Of a stretch of DNA of 64,000 bases, positions 1 to 10,083 are shown in pieces. The notes below the pieces were generated by a model. It saw only the letters and a program-made list of their open reading frames with translations, was not told the DNA's origin and ran no database searches. The stretch is from an uncultured delta proteobacterium (GTDB lineage Bacteria; Desulfobacterota; Binatia; Binatales; Binataceae), in assembly GCA_963711565.1 (NCBI GenBank), contig CAVQEQ010000004.1, positions 736,001 through 800,000 of the forward strand. Direction: 5' to 3'. Position 1 is the stretch's first letter. Each line of letters opens with the position of its first letter. The translations under genes and the position numbers were made by a program.

Positions 1-294
1 AATCGTCGGCCGGATAAGCTGCTCAAGCGGAGTGAACAACTCCGGCCTCACCGCTAGCAGTGGCCGAATCTGCAGCGTGTTCAACTGTGCATTCGTGCCG
101 TACTGGGCGGGTGTGTAGATATCCTGGACCTTGAACTGCGTCAAAGCCCCCGTTGGATCATTTTCCTTAACGGCCAGCGATTCATCGTCGGTGCCGGCCG
201 ATGTGGTCTGCTGTGCGAGACCCAGGGAACGACTCACCAGCAGGACGAAGATCACCGCAATAGATGAAACGATGCCGCGCACTTGATGGCTCAC
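1..294 (-). CDS. Partial secreted/outer-membrane protein (N-terminus only, runs off the window)
   Basis: Manual translation from GTG at 294: MSHQVRGIVSSIAVIFVLLVSRSLGLAQQ...ENDPTGALTQFKVQDIY; signal-peptide-like start and open to position 1. Confidence 0.55.
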   Translation of the reverse strand, partial: MSHQVRGIVSSIAVIFVLLVSRSLGLAQQTTSAGTDDESLAVKENDPTGALTQFKVQDIYTPAQYGTNAQLNTLQIRPLLAVRPELFTPLEQLIRPTI

Positions 295-390
295 AGTCTG
301 ATTGCTCGTCGATGCGTCTGCTAAATACCGGTAAATTTGATTCGGGTCTATATGCCCGAGCAGCCGGCGAGGGTGCGAATCGGACTGCGG

Positions 391-1230
391 CTAGCGAGCC
401 GCTGAACGGCGCCGTTGTTGTTCATCGGCGATCCGCTGATAGAGCAGGGCGGCGCCTTCATAGATCGTAGCGCCGTCATCGGCTGCGCCGACGAACTCCG
501 CGATCTGCCGCATCTCCGCGACCCAGCGGTACGCCTTCGGCCGCATCGCGGGCACAGCACGATCCAGTCGCGCGAGGAAACTCTGCTGACTGCGCGCAAG
601 TTCGGTGCGTAACGCATCGGCGAGGCCCTCGCGTTCCGCAGCGCCCAGCATCGTCGCGCATAGAGCGGTGAAGCCCTTGGTCAGTCCGGCGTAGGAGAGT
701 TTCAATCCAGACGCGGCGCCAACTGGTCCGTCGAGGATTGAAATGTCGAGACCGAAGCTGGCCAGGCGCGTCAGCAGATAAGCGTCGCGGCCTGATGCGT
801 AAAAGCGCGGACCTTTTGCGGGATCCTGAGTGCCGGCGACCGGCGGTCCGCCGATGATGCCGGCGTCGATAAAGGTCGTTTCCTCGAGCAGTCCGTGAAT
901 GCGGCGGCAGGTCGCGGGAGAGATCGCATTGCATTCGACAAAGACCGGCTTAGTTCGCGCGCGGCCGAACGGTCCGCGCAAACGCCCGGCGACTTCGACC
1001 GCGACGCCCGGCGGAACGATCGAAAGTACGAAGCTCGCGCCGCGCAGCATCGAATCGTCGTCATTGACGACTTCAAGCCCGGCGTTGCGAACGCGCGCGA
1101 CGCTCTCGGCGCTGCGGCCTGTGAGCGATGTCACCACACGCGCGCCGGCTTCACGAAGACGGCGTCCTACCGCGGCGCCCATCTCGCCTGCGCCGACGAT
1201 CGCAACTGTCACGGAGTCTCGATCGCTCAT
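391..1230 (-). CDS. NAD(P)-dependent oxidoreductase, 6PGD/HIBADH-like with DUF1932-type C-terminus
   Basis: VAIVGAGEMG Rossmann motif, DAGIIGGPP, KAYRWVAEM; start moved to ATG 1230 (MSDRDS). Confidence 0.8.
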   Translation of the reverse strand: MSDRDSVTVAIVGAGEMGAAVGRRLREAGARVVTSLTGRSAESVARVRNAGLEVVNDDDSMLRGASFVLSIVPPGVAVEVAGRLRGPFGRARTKPVFVECNAISPATCRRIHGLLEETTFIDAGIIGGPPVAGTQDPAKGPRFYASGRDAYLLTRLASFGLDISILDGPVGAASGLKLSYAGLTKGFTALCATMLGAAEREGLADALRTELARSQQSFLARLDRAVPAMRPKAYRWVAEMRQIAEFVGAADDGATIYEGAALLYQRIADEQQRRRSAAR

Positions 1231-1265
1231 CGGAGCACCCCCTGCAAAAAATTGTGTGCGAAACT

Positions 1266-2405
1266 TCAGTAGCGGTTGAGGCGCGCCAGCCGATCGGCGT
1301 GGAAGTTCGAGTCGCCAAACAGTTCCTGGCATACGCGGACTCGCTTCATGAACAAGCCGATGTCGAATTCGTCGGTCATCCCGATGCCGCCATGCATCTG
1401 GACGCCCTCCTGCACGGCGAGCGTCGCACTGAGACCGGCACGGGCCTTTGCCACCGACACAATCGCACCGGCGCGGTCGTAGGCATCGTCGAGCGTCTGC
1501 AGCGCCTTGAGCACCGCCGCGCGCGTGACCTCGAGTTCGCAGTAAAGATGAGCCGCGCGATGCTGCAACGCCTGGAATTCGCCGATCGCCTTGCCGAATT
1601 GTTTCCGTTCTTTCAAGTAGGCGACCGTGCGGCTGAACGCTTCTTCGCTGGCGCCGACCATTTCGGATGCGACTGCGGCGCGGCCGGCGTTCAGTACGCC
1701 CTCGAGGATGTCCCAACCCGCATCGACCATGCCGAGCACGTTGTCGGCGCCGACATTCACGTCCTCGAACGTGATCCGCGCCGCATTGTGCGTATCGACC
1801 GCAGCGGTGCGCTCAGCGCGAACTCCCGGCGCCTTCGCATCGACAATGAACAGCGTGAGTCCGCTGGTATCGCCTGCTTTGCCCGCGGTGCGGGCGGCCA
1901 CGATCAGGAGATTCGCGACATGGCCATCGATCACGAAGGTCTTGGTGCCGCTCAACTTGAAACCGTTGCCGGCGCGTGCCGCGGGCATCGCGATGTTTCC
2001 AGGATGATGCTTTGCAGTCTCATCAACGGCCAACGTTGCGATCAGCTCCCCCGCCACAATTTTCGGTAGATAACCTTCCTTCTGCTTGTCCGTGCCGGCG
2101 CGCACGATCGCGGTCGCGGCGAGAACCGCGGTCGAAAGAAAAGGGGAGGGTGTGAGCGTGCGGCCCAGCTCCTCCATTACGACTCCCGCCTCGACGTAGC
2201 CGAGTTCCAGGCCGCCGTAGTCTTGAGGGATGAGAATTCCCGCCCAACCCATCTCGACGAAGTTCTTCCAGAGTGCGCGCGAGAAGCCGTCCGCATCGCG
2301 ATTGTCGCGCAGCGCGCGCAGATGCGCGATCGGCGCATTCTTTGCCAGGAAGCCGCGCGCGTTGTCGCGCAGCATCGTCTGTTCGTCGTTGAGAACTAGC
2401 GCCAT
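1266..2405 (-). CDS. Acyl-CoA dehydrogenase (small/partner subunit type)
   Basis: RKQFGKAIGEFQALQH and VQMHGGIGMTDE motifs. Confidence 0.9.
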   Translation of the reverse strand: MALVLNDEQTMLRDNARGFLAKNAPIAHLRALRDNRDADGFSRALWKNFVEMGWAGILIPQDYGGLELGYVEAGVVMEELGRTLTPSPFLSTAVLAATAIVRAGTDKQKEGYLPKIVAGELIATLAVDETAKHHPGNIAMPAARAGNGFKLSGTKTFVIDGHVANLLIVAARTAGKAGDTSGLTLFIVDAKAPGVRAERTAAVDTHNAARITFEDVNVGADNVLGMVDAGWDILEGVLNAGRAAVASEMVGASEEAFSRTVAYLKERKQFGKAIGEFQALQHRAAHLYCELEVTRAAVLKALQTLDDAYDRAGAIVSVAKARAGLSATLAVQEGVQMHGGIGMTDEFDIGLFMKRVRVCQELFGDSNFHADRLARLNRY

Positions 2406-2411
2406 CTGCGG

Positions 2412-3593
2412 CTACGCACCGGGCAGGCCCAGGATGCGCTTGGCGATGATGTTGAGCTGAACCTCGCTGGTGCCGCCCTCGATTGAATTGGCCTTCGAAC
2501 GCAGCCATGCGCGCGCGGTGCGTCCTTCGCGCGAGCGCTCGCCTTCCCATTCCAGCGCGTCGGTCCCTCCGGCCGACATCACCAATTCCATCCGGCGCTT
2601 GTTGAGCTCGGTACCGTAGTATTTCAGCAGCGACGACACGGCAGGATGAGCCTGCCCGGCCTTGGCCATGTCGCCGGCGCGATCCATCGTGAGGCGAAAG
2701 GCGAGCGCGTCGATCTCGAACGCCGCGATCTCCCCGCGCAGCACGGTGTCCGCGAGCATCCCGTTGTTGGTGCCGACGGTGTCAGTCGCAATCTGCCCTA
2801 GCGATCGGTTTTCCGACGTGCTGCCCATGCCGCCGATCATGTCGCGCTCATGAGTCAGCAGGTACTTCGCGATATCCCAGCCCTTGTTGAGCTTGCCTAC
2901 GAGGTTCGCCTTCGGCACCAACACGTCGTCGAAGAACGTCTGGCAGAACGGCGATGCTCCAGAGATCAATGTGATCGGCTTGGTCGAGACGCCCGCGCTC
3001 TCCATGTCGAACAGGATAAAGCTGATGCCTTCGTGCTTGGGTGTGTTCGGGTCGGTGCGAACGAGGCAGAAAATCCAGTCAGCGCGGTCGGCGTACGAAG
3101 TCCATATCTTTGAGCCGTTGACAAGGAACTGGTCGCCCTTGTCTTCCGCACGGGTTTGCAGCGACGCCAAGTCCGAACCCGATCCGGGCTCGGAGTAACC
3201 CTGGCACCATCGAATCTCGCCGCGAGCAATTTTCGGCAGATGCTCGCGCTTCTGCTCCTCGGAACCGTATTTCAGCAGCGCGGGGCCGAGCATCCAGATA
3301 CCAAAGCTCTGGACCGGCGCGCGACAACCTAGCGCGTTCATTTCCTGGCGCAGGATTTTGGCCTCGTCGCGAGTGAGTCCGCCGCCGCCGTACTCGCGCG
3401 GCCACTCCGGCACGGTCCAGCCTTTCTTTCCCATCCGCTCGAGCCACTGCCGCTGCGCGTCGGATTGAAATTTCCAACGCCGTCCGCCCCAGCAAGCGTC
3501 CTCTTCAGTCTGCGCCGGACGCCGCATCTCGTCCGGACAGTTCGCCTCGAGCCACGCGCGCGTTTCTTTGCGAAAAATTTCAAGATTTTCCAT
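2412..3593 (-). CDS. Acyl-CoA dehydrogenase (large subunit type)
   Basis: WCQGYSEPGSGSDLASL, NGSKIWTS, SIEGGTSEVQLNII motifs. Confidence 0.9.
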   Translation of the reverse strand: MENLEIFRKETRAWLEANCPDEMRRPAQTEEDACWGGRRWKFQSDAQRQWLERMGKKGWTVPEWPREYGGGGLTRDEAKILRQEMNALGCRAPVQSFGIWMLGPALLKYGSEEQKREHLPKIARGEIRWCQGYSEPGSGSDLASLQTRAEDKGDQFLVNGSKIWTSYADRADWIFCLVRTDPNTPKHEGISFILFDMESAGVSTKPITLISGASPFCQTFFDDVLVPKANLVGKLNKGWDIAKYLLTHERDMIGGMGSTSENRSLGQIATDTVGTNNGMLADTVLRGEIAAFEIDALAFRLTMDRAGDMAKAGQAHPAVSSLLKYYGTELNKRRMELVMSAGGTDALEWEGERSREGRTARAWLRSKANSIEGGTSEVQLNIIAKRILGLPGA

Positions 3594-3650
3594 AGCTACA
3601 TCAGGTGTTAGTAGGTCTGCCCGCGCGATTCAAGGTTAATAAGAGACGGC

Positions 3651-4544
3651 TCACTTCTTGTCCGGGGGCGGGCCGAAGCCGCCTGCTTCGAATTGATGTC
3701 CGTAGATGTCGCCCTCGAAATATTCCGACTGGTAAGTCGCCGCCCGCGCGCCCCATCCGTACTCGAACGACCAACCCGACGGATTGCGGAAGTAGAACGA
3801 GTACATGTGATCGTTCGAGTGCTTGCCGGGCGTGATAGTCACCGGGATTTTATTCTTGCGAACCAGGTCGTAGGTCATGCCTACGTCGTCGAGGTTATCG
3901 ACTTCGATCATCAGATGGTTGATGCGGCGGTCGTTCGGGATTCCAAAGGCCACCGTGTGGTCACGATCGTTGCAATGCATGAAGACGAGACCTGCCGCGC
4001 CCTTGCCGCGTCCGAACTTGTACTCGACGCCCCCACGCATCCCGAGGTGCTGATAGAAACGCTGCGCCGCGTCCACCTTGCTCTCGCGGATGATGCAATG
4101 ACCCAAGCCGCCGGTGCCGGTCTTGAAGCGACCATGCATCGCGCGGCCGGGATGGAAGGGTTTGCTGAACTGAGTGAACGGGCCGTGAAAAATTTCGATC
4201 GGATTGCCTTCGGGATCATCGAGCTTGAGGACTTCGAGTACGCGGCGCTCGTCGGCTTCCTCGACAGAGCCGACGCGGAATTTGATTCCCGCCTCAGCCA
4301 ACTGACGCTGCATCTGCGCGAACTCGTCGGCGCCCGCGACGCGGAAGCCGAGGTAGTTGAGGTCGTCGCTGCCGTCGGCATGCATCACGATCCGATGATG
4401 CAGGTAGTCCATCCGCAGGTAGCATCGATCCGACTCGCCTTCATCGGCCAGTTCGAAGCCGACTATGCTAGTCGCGAAATGTTTCCACGCATCGAGGTCT
4501 TTCACCCCGATTCCCATGTAGCCCAACTCTGTTACCTGGATCAT
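3651..4544 (-). CDS. Type I extradiol ring-cleavage dioxygenase, NahC/BphC-like (VOC fold)
   Basis: ELGYMGIGV, YLRMDYLHHRI, GLGH, FMHCNDRDH, NHLMIEV, GKHSND, EYGWG metal-ligand pattern. Confidence 0.9.
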   Translation of the reverse strand: MIQVTELGYMGIGVKDLDAWKHFATSIVGFELADEGESDRCYLRMDYLHHRIVMHADGSDDLNYLGFRVAGADEFAQMQRQLAEAGIKFRVGSVEEADERRVLEVLKLDDPEGNPIEIFHGPFTQFSKPFHPGRAMHGRFKTGTGGLGHCIIRESKVDAAQRFYQHLGMRGGVEYKFGRGKGAAGLVFMHCNDRDHTVAFGIPNDRRINHLMIEVDNLDDVGMTYDLVRKNKIPVTITPGKHSNDHMYSFYFRNPSGWSFEYGWGARAATYQSEYFEGDIYGHQFEAGGFGPPPDKK

Positions 4545-4563
4545 TTATATTTCCTCCGCGCGT

Positions 4564-5415
4564 TCATCGGGCGTCGGTGCGGACCCAATCGGAACCTAGA
4601 GCGACGCGCCGCACCGAATCGGTATCGGTCGGCTGATGACCAACTTTATGCATGGGCGCCGGTGCTTCTACAACCTTGTTCGACAGCCGCCCCAGCCCAC
4701 TGACTTCGACTTCGACCAGGTCGCCGACGTTCATCGGTCGCGAATTCTTCGGCGTGCCGGATAGTATGATATCGCCTGGCAGCAAAGTGATGAACCGCGA
4801 GAGGTCGGCGAGGATATAGTCAATCGGAAATATCATTTCCGAGATCGCTCCCTCCTGGACCATCTTACTATTGATGTAGGTACGCAAAGTGGATTTGCGA
4901 ATATCCACTCCACTGACTATTCCGGGACCGATCGGACAGAAGCCGTCCTGCCCCTTCACCCGCAGCATCGAGCCGGCGTCGGTGTCGCGATAGTCCTGGC
5001 AGCCGACATCGTTGGCGGGCGCGAAGCCGGCGATGTAATCCCAGGCATCTTCGCGGCTGATGTTGCGCATCGGCTTGCCGATAATCACGCCGACTTCGCC
5101 CTCGTAGTTGAGATACTTGTGTCCGGCCGGACGGCATAGCACGCCGCGATGCGAGTTCAGTGCGGTGACGGGCTTTTGGAAGTAGGTCGGAGTGTCGAGC
5201 ATCGGCGCTTTGAATTCGACGCGTCGCGAATCGTAGTTCAGGTGGATGCAGAGAATCTTGGTTGGGTCGCACGGCGGCAGGTACGTCGCATCCGCGTCGG
5301 CAAGATGCCTGCCGTCGCCCAGCAGAAGACGATCGCCGTCGGGGCGCACCCACTTCGGCTGTCCTTCGTGAAGGACTCGCCGCCACTCTTGTCTCGGCCC
5401 ATCAAGTACACTCAT
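4564..5415 (-). CDS. Fumarylacetoacetate hydrolase family protein (HpaG-like)
   Basis: NYEGEVGVIIGK, ANDV, KGQDGFCPIGP, PGDIILSGTP. Confidence 0.88.
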   Translation of the reverse strand: MSVLDGPRQEWRRVLHEGQPKWVRPDGDRLLLGDGRHLADADATYLPPCDPTKILCIHLNYDSRRVEFKAPMLDTPTYFQKPVTALNSHRGVLCRPAGHKYLNYEGEVGVIIGKPMRNISREDAWDYIAGFAPANDVGCQDYRDTDAGSMLRVKGQDGFCPIGPGIVSGVDIRKSTLRTYINSKMVQEGAISEMIFPIDYILADLSRFITLLPGDIILSGTPKNSRPMNVGDLVEVEVSGLGRLSNKVVEAPAPMHKVGHQPTDTDSVRRVALGSDWVRTDAR

Positions 5416-5444
5416 TGGGTAATCCTCGATTAGTCAGTTGGGAA

Positions 5445-5480
5445 CCTAACCCCTAACCCCTTCCCGAGCGGGAAGGGGGA
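5445..5480. repeat. Intergenic GC-rich palindrome (REP-like or mRNA-stabilising hairpin)
   Basis: ccccttccc-gagc-gggaagggg at 5457-5478 preceded by cctaacccctaa; one copy in the window. Confidence 0.45.
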
Positions 5481-5504
5481 CCGGACATTTAGCGAAGCTT
5501 TCAC

Positions 5505-6959
5505 TTAGGCGAAGGATCCTTTGAGCGTGGCGATGTTTTTGACGTCGCAGTAGAAGTCGAAACTCCAGTTGCCGCCTTCGCGGCCGATGCCGGAATCGCG
5601 GCTGCCACCGAAAGGGGCAGCGAGTTCGCGAACGAAGAAACAGTTCACCCATACCGTGCCGGCGGTGACGCGACTGGCGATTCTCATCGCGCGTTCTTCG
5701 TTCCTGCTGAAGACCATCGCCGCGAGTCCGTAATGAGTGCCGTTGGCGAGTTCGAGCAGCTCGTCCTCGTCGCGAAAGGTCTGCCACGTCAGCACGGGAC
5801 CGAATACTTCACGCTGCACGATCTCCATGTCCTGCCGCGCGCCCTCGAGGAGTGTCGGTTCGAAGTACAGTTTACCGGCGCTGGAACGCTTGCCGCCCCA
5901 GACCTGTTTGACGCCGGACTTGAGCGCCCGATCGACGAAGCCCTCGACCCGCTTGTAGTGTTCCGGCGTGATGAGCGGACCGACGCGAGTGCTCTTCTCG
6001 CGCGGATCGCCGACCGTCATGTGCGCGGCCGCGGCGCGAAATCTCTTTTGAAAATCGTCCGCGACCGAGGCGTCAACGAGGATGCGCGTGCCTGCAAGGC
6101 AGACCTGTCCCGCGTTGACGTACTGCCCCGCGGCGGTCTGCGCGGCCGCGTCGAGGTCGGCGTCGGCGCACACTATGTAAGGAGACTTGCCGCCGAGTTC
6201 GAAACTCACGGGCGTCAGCGAGCGCGCGGTGGACTGGCCGATCAGCTTCGCGGTGTCAGTCGAGCCGGTGAAACTCAGACGGTCGATATCGGGATGGGCC
6301 GCGAGCGCCGCGCCCGCTTCTTCGCCGATCCCCTGCACGACGTTGAGCACGCCGGCGGGGACGCCGGCCTCGGTGGCGAGGTCCGCCATCATCGAGCCCG
6401 TAAGCGGCGCCCATTCAGGCGGCTTGACGACCACGGTGTCGCCGGCGGCGAGCGCGGGACCGACTTTCCACGTCGTCAGCATGAAGGGGCTGTTCCACGG
6501 CGTGATAAGCGCCGCCACTCCGGCAGGATCGAAGCGCACGTGATTGATCACCTCAGGCGAATCGATTTGCTCGTGACCCAGTTTCAGCGCGCGGTCTGCG
6601 AAGAACTGGATGTTGAGGGAAGCGCGCGGAATCACGCGCGCGAGATTGACCGTCAGCAACGAGCCGTTGTCGGTAGTCTCGACGGCCGCGAGTTCCTTCG
6701 CATGATCGAGGATCGCCTGCGCGAACTTCTTCAGCACGCGATGGCGTCCGTCCGGTCCGAGCGCCGCCCATTTCGGAAATGCGCGCCGCGCCGCGCCCAC
6801 GGCAGCATCGACTTCGGCGGGCCCGCCGGCGCTCACGTCGGCGAGATGCTTGCCATCGATCGGCGAACAGTCTTGAAAGGTTTTCTTCGACGCGACCCGC
6901 TTGCCGTCGATGAAGTGTTCGGTCGATACGTCAACGCCGGCGACTTTCGTCGTGCTCAT
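5505..6959 (-). CDS. Aldehyde dehydrogenase, hydroxymuconic semialdehyde dehydrogenase (HpaE/XylG) type
   Basis: ITPWNSP, FTGST, ELGGKSP, GQVC, EVFGPV motifs; operon context. Confidence 0.88.
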   Translation of the reverse strand: MSTTKVAGVDVSTEHFIDGKRVASKKTFQDCSPIDGKHLADVSAGGPAEVDAAVGAARRAFPKWAALGPDGRHRVLKKFAQAILDHAKELAAVETTDNGSLLTVNLARVIPRASLNIQFFADRALKLGHEQIDSPEVINHVRFDPAGVAALITPWNSPFMLTTWKVGPALAAGDTVVVKPPEWAPLTGSMMADLATEAGVPAGVLNVVQGIGEEAGAALAAHPDIDRLSFTGSTDTAKLIGQSTARSLTPVSFELGGKSPYIVCADADLDAAAQTAAGQYVNAGQVCLAGTRILVDASVADDFQKRFRAAAAHMTVGDPREKSTRVGPLITPEHYKRVEGFVDRALKSGVKQVWGGKRSSAGKLYFEPTLLEGARQDMEIVQREVFGPVLTWQTFRDEDELLELANGTHYGLAAMVFSRNEERAMRIASRVTAGTVWVNCFFVRELAAPFGGSRDSGIGREGGNWSFDFYCDVKNIATLKGSFA

Positions 6960-8461
6960 CTGCGAATCTCCTTGGGCAGGTTAATTTTCCGTCTTTCAAG
7001 ATCGGCTGCTAAGTCCGCCGCCTTTGGCTGCTCTCCAAGGATTCTATCCACCAGCCGCCCCGCGCGCCCCTTGGGCGCGAGCGCGTTCGCGAGCTGATAA
7101 TTTCGCGCACCCGATGCGAGGTAGAAGCGCTCGTACAACTCATTGCGGCTCGCCAGCGCGCTACCCACGAAATCCCAGGCCAGCCGGAAGATTCGCGCGC
7201 GCTCCTCGGACTTCATCTCGCCCGCGCCGCGCAGATACTTGTCGATATGCGGGCGCAGCTTCGGATCGGCGAGCTGCGCCTGCGTTGGGGCGGCGAGCAG
7301 ATTGTGCGATCCGATCAGCGTGATGATCTCATTGACCCGCGGGAACCAGGTCGGGAGCGCGGCGCGCAACGCCGCGAGTGGACCGCCGTTGGGGAACCAT
7401 ACGCCGTTGCCGTACTCGAACGCCTCGACCTCGGCGCTGTGAATCGCAGCACGCGCGAACTCGGCATAAGTCCAGATTTCGCCGAGCATCTGCCGGGTTG
7501 CCGGCGAGTAGTCGTTGATTGCTTCGGCCATCCGGCTCGCAAGGCCGTAGGCGAACTCGAGCTTGGTCTGCGCGCGAATCATCGTCTGCTGCATGATGTT
7601 CGGATACCAGCCGGTCGCCATCACGGTGTTGTAGGCGACGAGGTTGGCGTTGATAAAGACGCGATCGCGCGGGACCTCGACGTCGTCGAAAATCACGAAC
7701 GCGTCCTGCTCGTCGAAGCGGCCCGACAACGGATGGTCGAAGCGATTGGGCGCTGTCGCGCAACTGTCGCGGCAGAGGAACTTCAGCCCCGGCGTGTCGA
7801 TCGGCACACAGAACGACAGCGCGTAAGGGTCGGTGCCTTCGAGCAGCGGCACGGCAGGATAGACGGCGATCTCATCGGCGAACGGCGCCAGCGTCGCGAG
7901 TATTCTCGCGCCACGCACGACGATCCCGTGCGCAGTGTCGGCGACCTTGTGCAGCGCGACTTCGTTGCCGGGCTCGGGAACGTCGCCTTTGGCCTTGTCG
8001 ATGGTTGGATGAACGATGGTGTGGGTCAGCGAGAGGTCGTTGCGGGCGAGAGCCTTCTGATACGCGACCAGGTTCGCGGCGCCGCGCTCGTTGCCGTTGA
8101 TCGCCCACTCGTCGGCGCGCCCGGCGAAGCCCGCGAACGTGACATTCATATAGTCGGGCGTGCGGCCCATCAGGCCGACGGTGAATTCCGCGACTGCCTG
8201 CAGGCATGCGTGACGCCGCTCGAGGTCCGCCAGCGAGCGCGGGATCATGTGGCTCACGTTGATTGGCTCGCCGGTCTCGGGATCGGGCATCAGGCAGATG
8301 TCGCGCGCCTGATGCTGGAGGTCGAAAATCCGCGCGAGCGTATCGGCCGCTCCTGCGAATGCAGGATGCGACGCGATGTCGGTCACCTTGTCGTCGCCGA
8401 CCCAGAGTGCGCGCGGCCGGGAAAGTCCGGCGAGATACTCGCGCCCGCTGCGTGCTCCCAT
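6956..8461 (-). CDS. hpaB: 4-hydroxyphenylacetate 3-monooxygenase oxygenase component family
   Basis: GLMGRTPDYMN, RGARILAT, RFDEQDA, RNELYERF motifs; actual substrate unknown. Confidence 0.85.
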   Translation of the reverse strand: MGARSGREYLAGLSRPRALWVGDDKVTDIASHPAFAGAADTLARIFDLQHQARDICLMPDPETGEPINVSHMIPRSLADLERRHACLQAVAEFTVGLMGRTPDYMNVTFAGFAGRADEWAINGNERGAANLVAYQKALARNDLSLTHTIVHPTIDKAKGDVPEPGNEVALHKVADTAHGIVVRGARILATLAPFADEIAVYPAVPLLEGTDPYALSFCVPIDTPGLKFLCRDSCATAPNRFDHPLSGRFDEQDAFVIFDDVEVPRDRVFINANLVAYNTVMATGWYPNIMQQTMIRAQTKLEFAYGLASRMAEAINDYSPATRQMLGEIWTYAEFARAAIHSAEVEAFEYGNGVWFPNGGPLAALRAALPTWFPRVNEIITLIGSHNLLAAPTQAQLADPKLRPHIDKYLRGAGEMKSEERARIFRLAWDFVGSALASRNELYERFYLASGARNYQLANALAPKGRAGRLVDRILGEQPKAADLAADLERRKINLPKEIRR

Positions 8462-9174
8462 CAGCGACCTCCTCGTCCGTTCAGCTTCGCGGAGATAGGA
8501 GATTCTCCAAGTCGCCCAAGCCCGCGAACCCGGTAAGGTATTTTGCTCGAGCGAGACTTCGGACGTAGGTTGCCCAATCCTTCGAGCTGCAATTTGAGCG
8601 CGGCCAGCAGCCCGTCGTCGCGCTGTTCGCTGCTAATGGGATCGCCGCCCAGCCATCGCTGCAACTGAAAAAAGTAGAGACCGAAGAGGCTGTTGGCGAG
8701 ATGGGTAGCGGGAACGTCCGGGCGCAATTCTCCGCGCTCCTTCGCATTCTCGATAAGGACCGCGATCCCGGCCAGTATCGTCGTCATCATTTCGGCCACG
8801 CCGTGGCGCCGGTCGGCGACGAACGGCAACTCGCGCACGAAGACGCGGGCCAGGCCGCGATCGCGCTCGTGCAGCGCGATCATCGCGCCGAAGAGGTGGA
8901 GAACCTGATCGAGCAGCGGACGCCGGGGCATCGTCGCGAACGCGTCGTTGACGACCCGGCCGATCTCCTCGCGGAAGATCAGGACGAGCAGGTCCTCCTT
9001 GGTGCCAGCGTAGAGGAACAGTGTGCCGGCGCCGATGTCCGCCGCCGCGGCGATTTCGCGCGTAGTGGTGGCCTCGAAGCCTTTGCGCCCGAACAGTTTC
9101 CGCGCGGCGCGTTTAATCCGCTCGAGCTTGTCGCGCTTGCCGCGTTCGACGCGGGTTGGAACAGCGTTCAACAT
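8461..9174 (-). CDS. TetR/AcrR family regulator
   Basis: HTH ATTTREIAAAADIGAGTLFLYAGTKEDL; ATG 9174 preferred because a promoter and operators occupy 9188-9246. Confidence 0.85.
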   Translation of the reverse strand: MLNAVPTRVERGKRDKLERIKRAARKLFGRKGFEATTTREIAAAADIGAGTLFLYAGTKEDLLVLIFREEIGRVVNDAFATMPRRPLLDQVLHLFGAMIALHERDRGLARVFVRELPFVADRRHGVAEMMTTILAGIAVLIENAKERGELRPDVPATHLANSLFGLYFFQLQRWLGGDPISSEQRDDGLLAALKLQLEGLGNLRPKSRSSKIPYRVRGLGRLGESPISAKLNGRGGR

Positions 9175-9187
9175 CGTTTCCTGAAAA

Positions 9188-9246
9188 TGAGCATGCTCAG
9201 GTTTGAGCGTGCTCGACATTTACTGAAAACCCGCGACGTTTGTCAA
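9188..9246 (-). promoter_or_regulatory. Sigma70 promoter with tandem palindromic operators (likely TetR autoregulation)
   Basis: TTGACA (9246-9241), 17 bp, GTAAAT; perfect palindrome tgagcatgctca at 9188-9199 and near copy tgagcgtgctcg at 9204-9215. Confidence 0.65.
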
Positions 9247-9327
9247 ACGCCTTGCGCGACTTTCGGACTGGCACATTTGCGAAGCATGACCCTGATGGCT
9301 ACTCTGCATATCGATCGGAGGACAATC

Positions 9328-10083
9328 ATGGCTGGATTAGTGCTTCGCGAAGACCGGGACGGTCTCGCCACGCTTACGCTCAATCGCCCCGAGAAACTCA
9401 ACTCGCTCAACGTCGAGATCTTCGTCGAATTGCGCGAGCACGTCGATCAGATAGCGCGCGAAACCGAGCGCATCGGCCTGGTCGTCGTGCGCGGCGCGGG
9501 CAAGTGCTTCTCCGCCGGACACGATCTCGCCGACATCGCGAAGGGAGAGCGTCCGCCGAAGCCGCACTTTCAGTCCGAGACGATCGAGCTGCTCGCTGAT
9601 CTACCGCAGCCGGTCATCAGTGCAGTGCATGGACATTGCTACACAGGCGCGCTCGAGTTGGCGCTGGCGGGAGATCTGATCGTCGCGGCCGAGTCGGCGA
9701 AATTTGCCGATACGCATGCACGATGGGCGCTGACTCCAATCTGGGGGATGAGCCAGCGCTTGCCGCGGCGCGTCGGCCTCCCCAAGGCGCGCGAGATGAT
9801 GCTGACGTGCCGCACTTACTCGGGCGTCGAGGCGGCCGCGATGGGCCTTGCGAATATGTGCGTGCCTGACGATTCGTTCGACAAGGAACTGCACGCGCTG
9901 GCCGACACCATTCTCGCCAATTCGTGGTTCAGTCATCGCGCTAACAAGCGGCTGCTGATCGATACCGACGGATTGTCTCTGCGCCACGGCCTGTCGCACG
10001 AGGTGTACCGGAACTATGGCGTCGGTCCCGACATGCGCGAGCGTATCGCCGCGTTCAACAACAAGTCGGCGCGCCGTGCCTGA
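9328..10083 (+). CDS. Enoyl-CoA hydratase/isomerase
   Basis: LTLNRPEKLNSL, FSAGHDL, GALELALAGD; ggagga RBS before ATG 9328. Confidence 0.9.
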   Translation: MAGLVLREDRDGLATLTLNRPEKLNSLNVEIFVELREHVDQIARETERIGLVVVRGAGKCFSAGHDLADIAKGERPPKPHFQSETIELLADLPQPVISAVHGHCYTGALELALAGDLIVAAESAKFADTHARWALTPIWGMSQRLPRRVGLPKAREMMLTCRTYSGVEAAAMGLANMCVPDDSFDKELHALADTILANSWFSHRANKRLLIDTDGLSLRHGLSHEVYRNYGVGPDMRERIAAFNNKSARRA

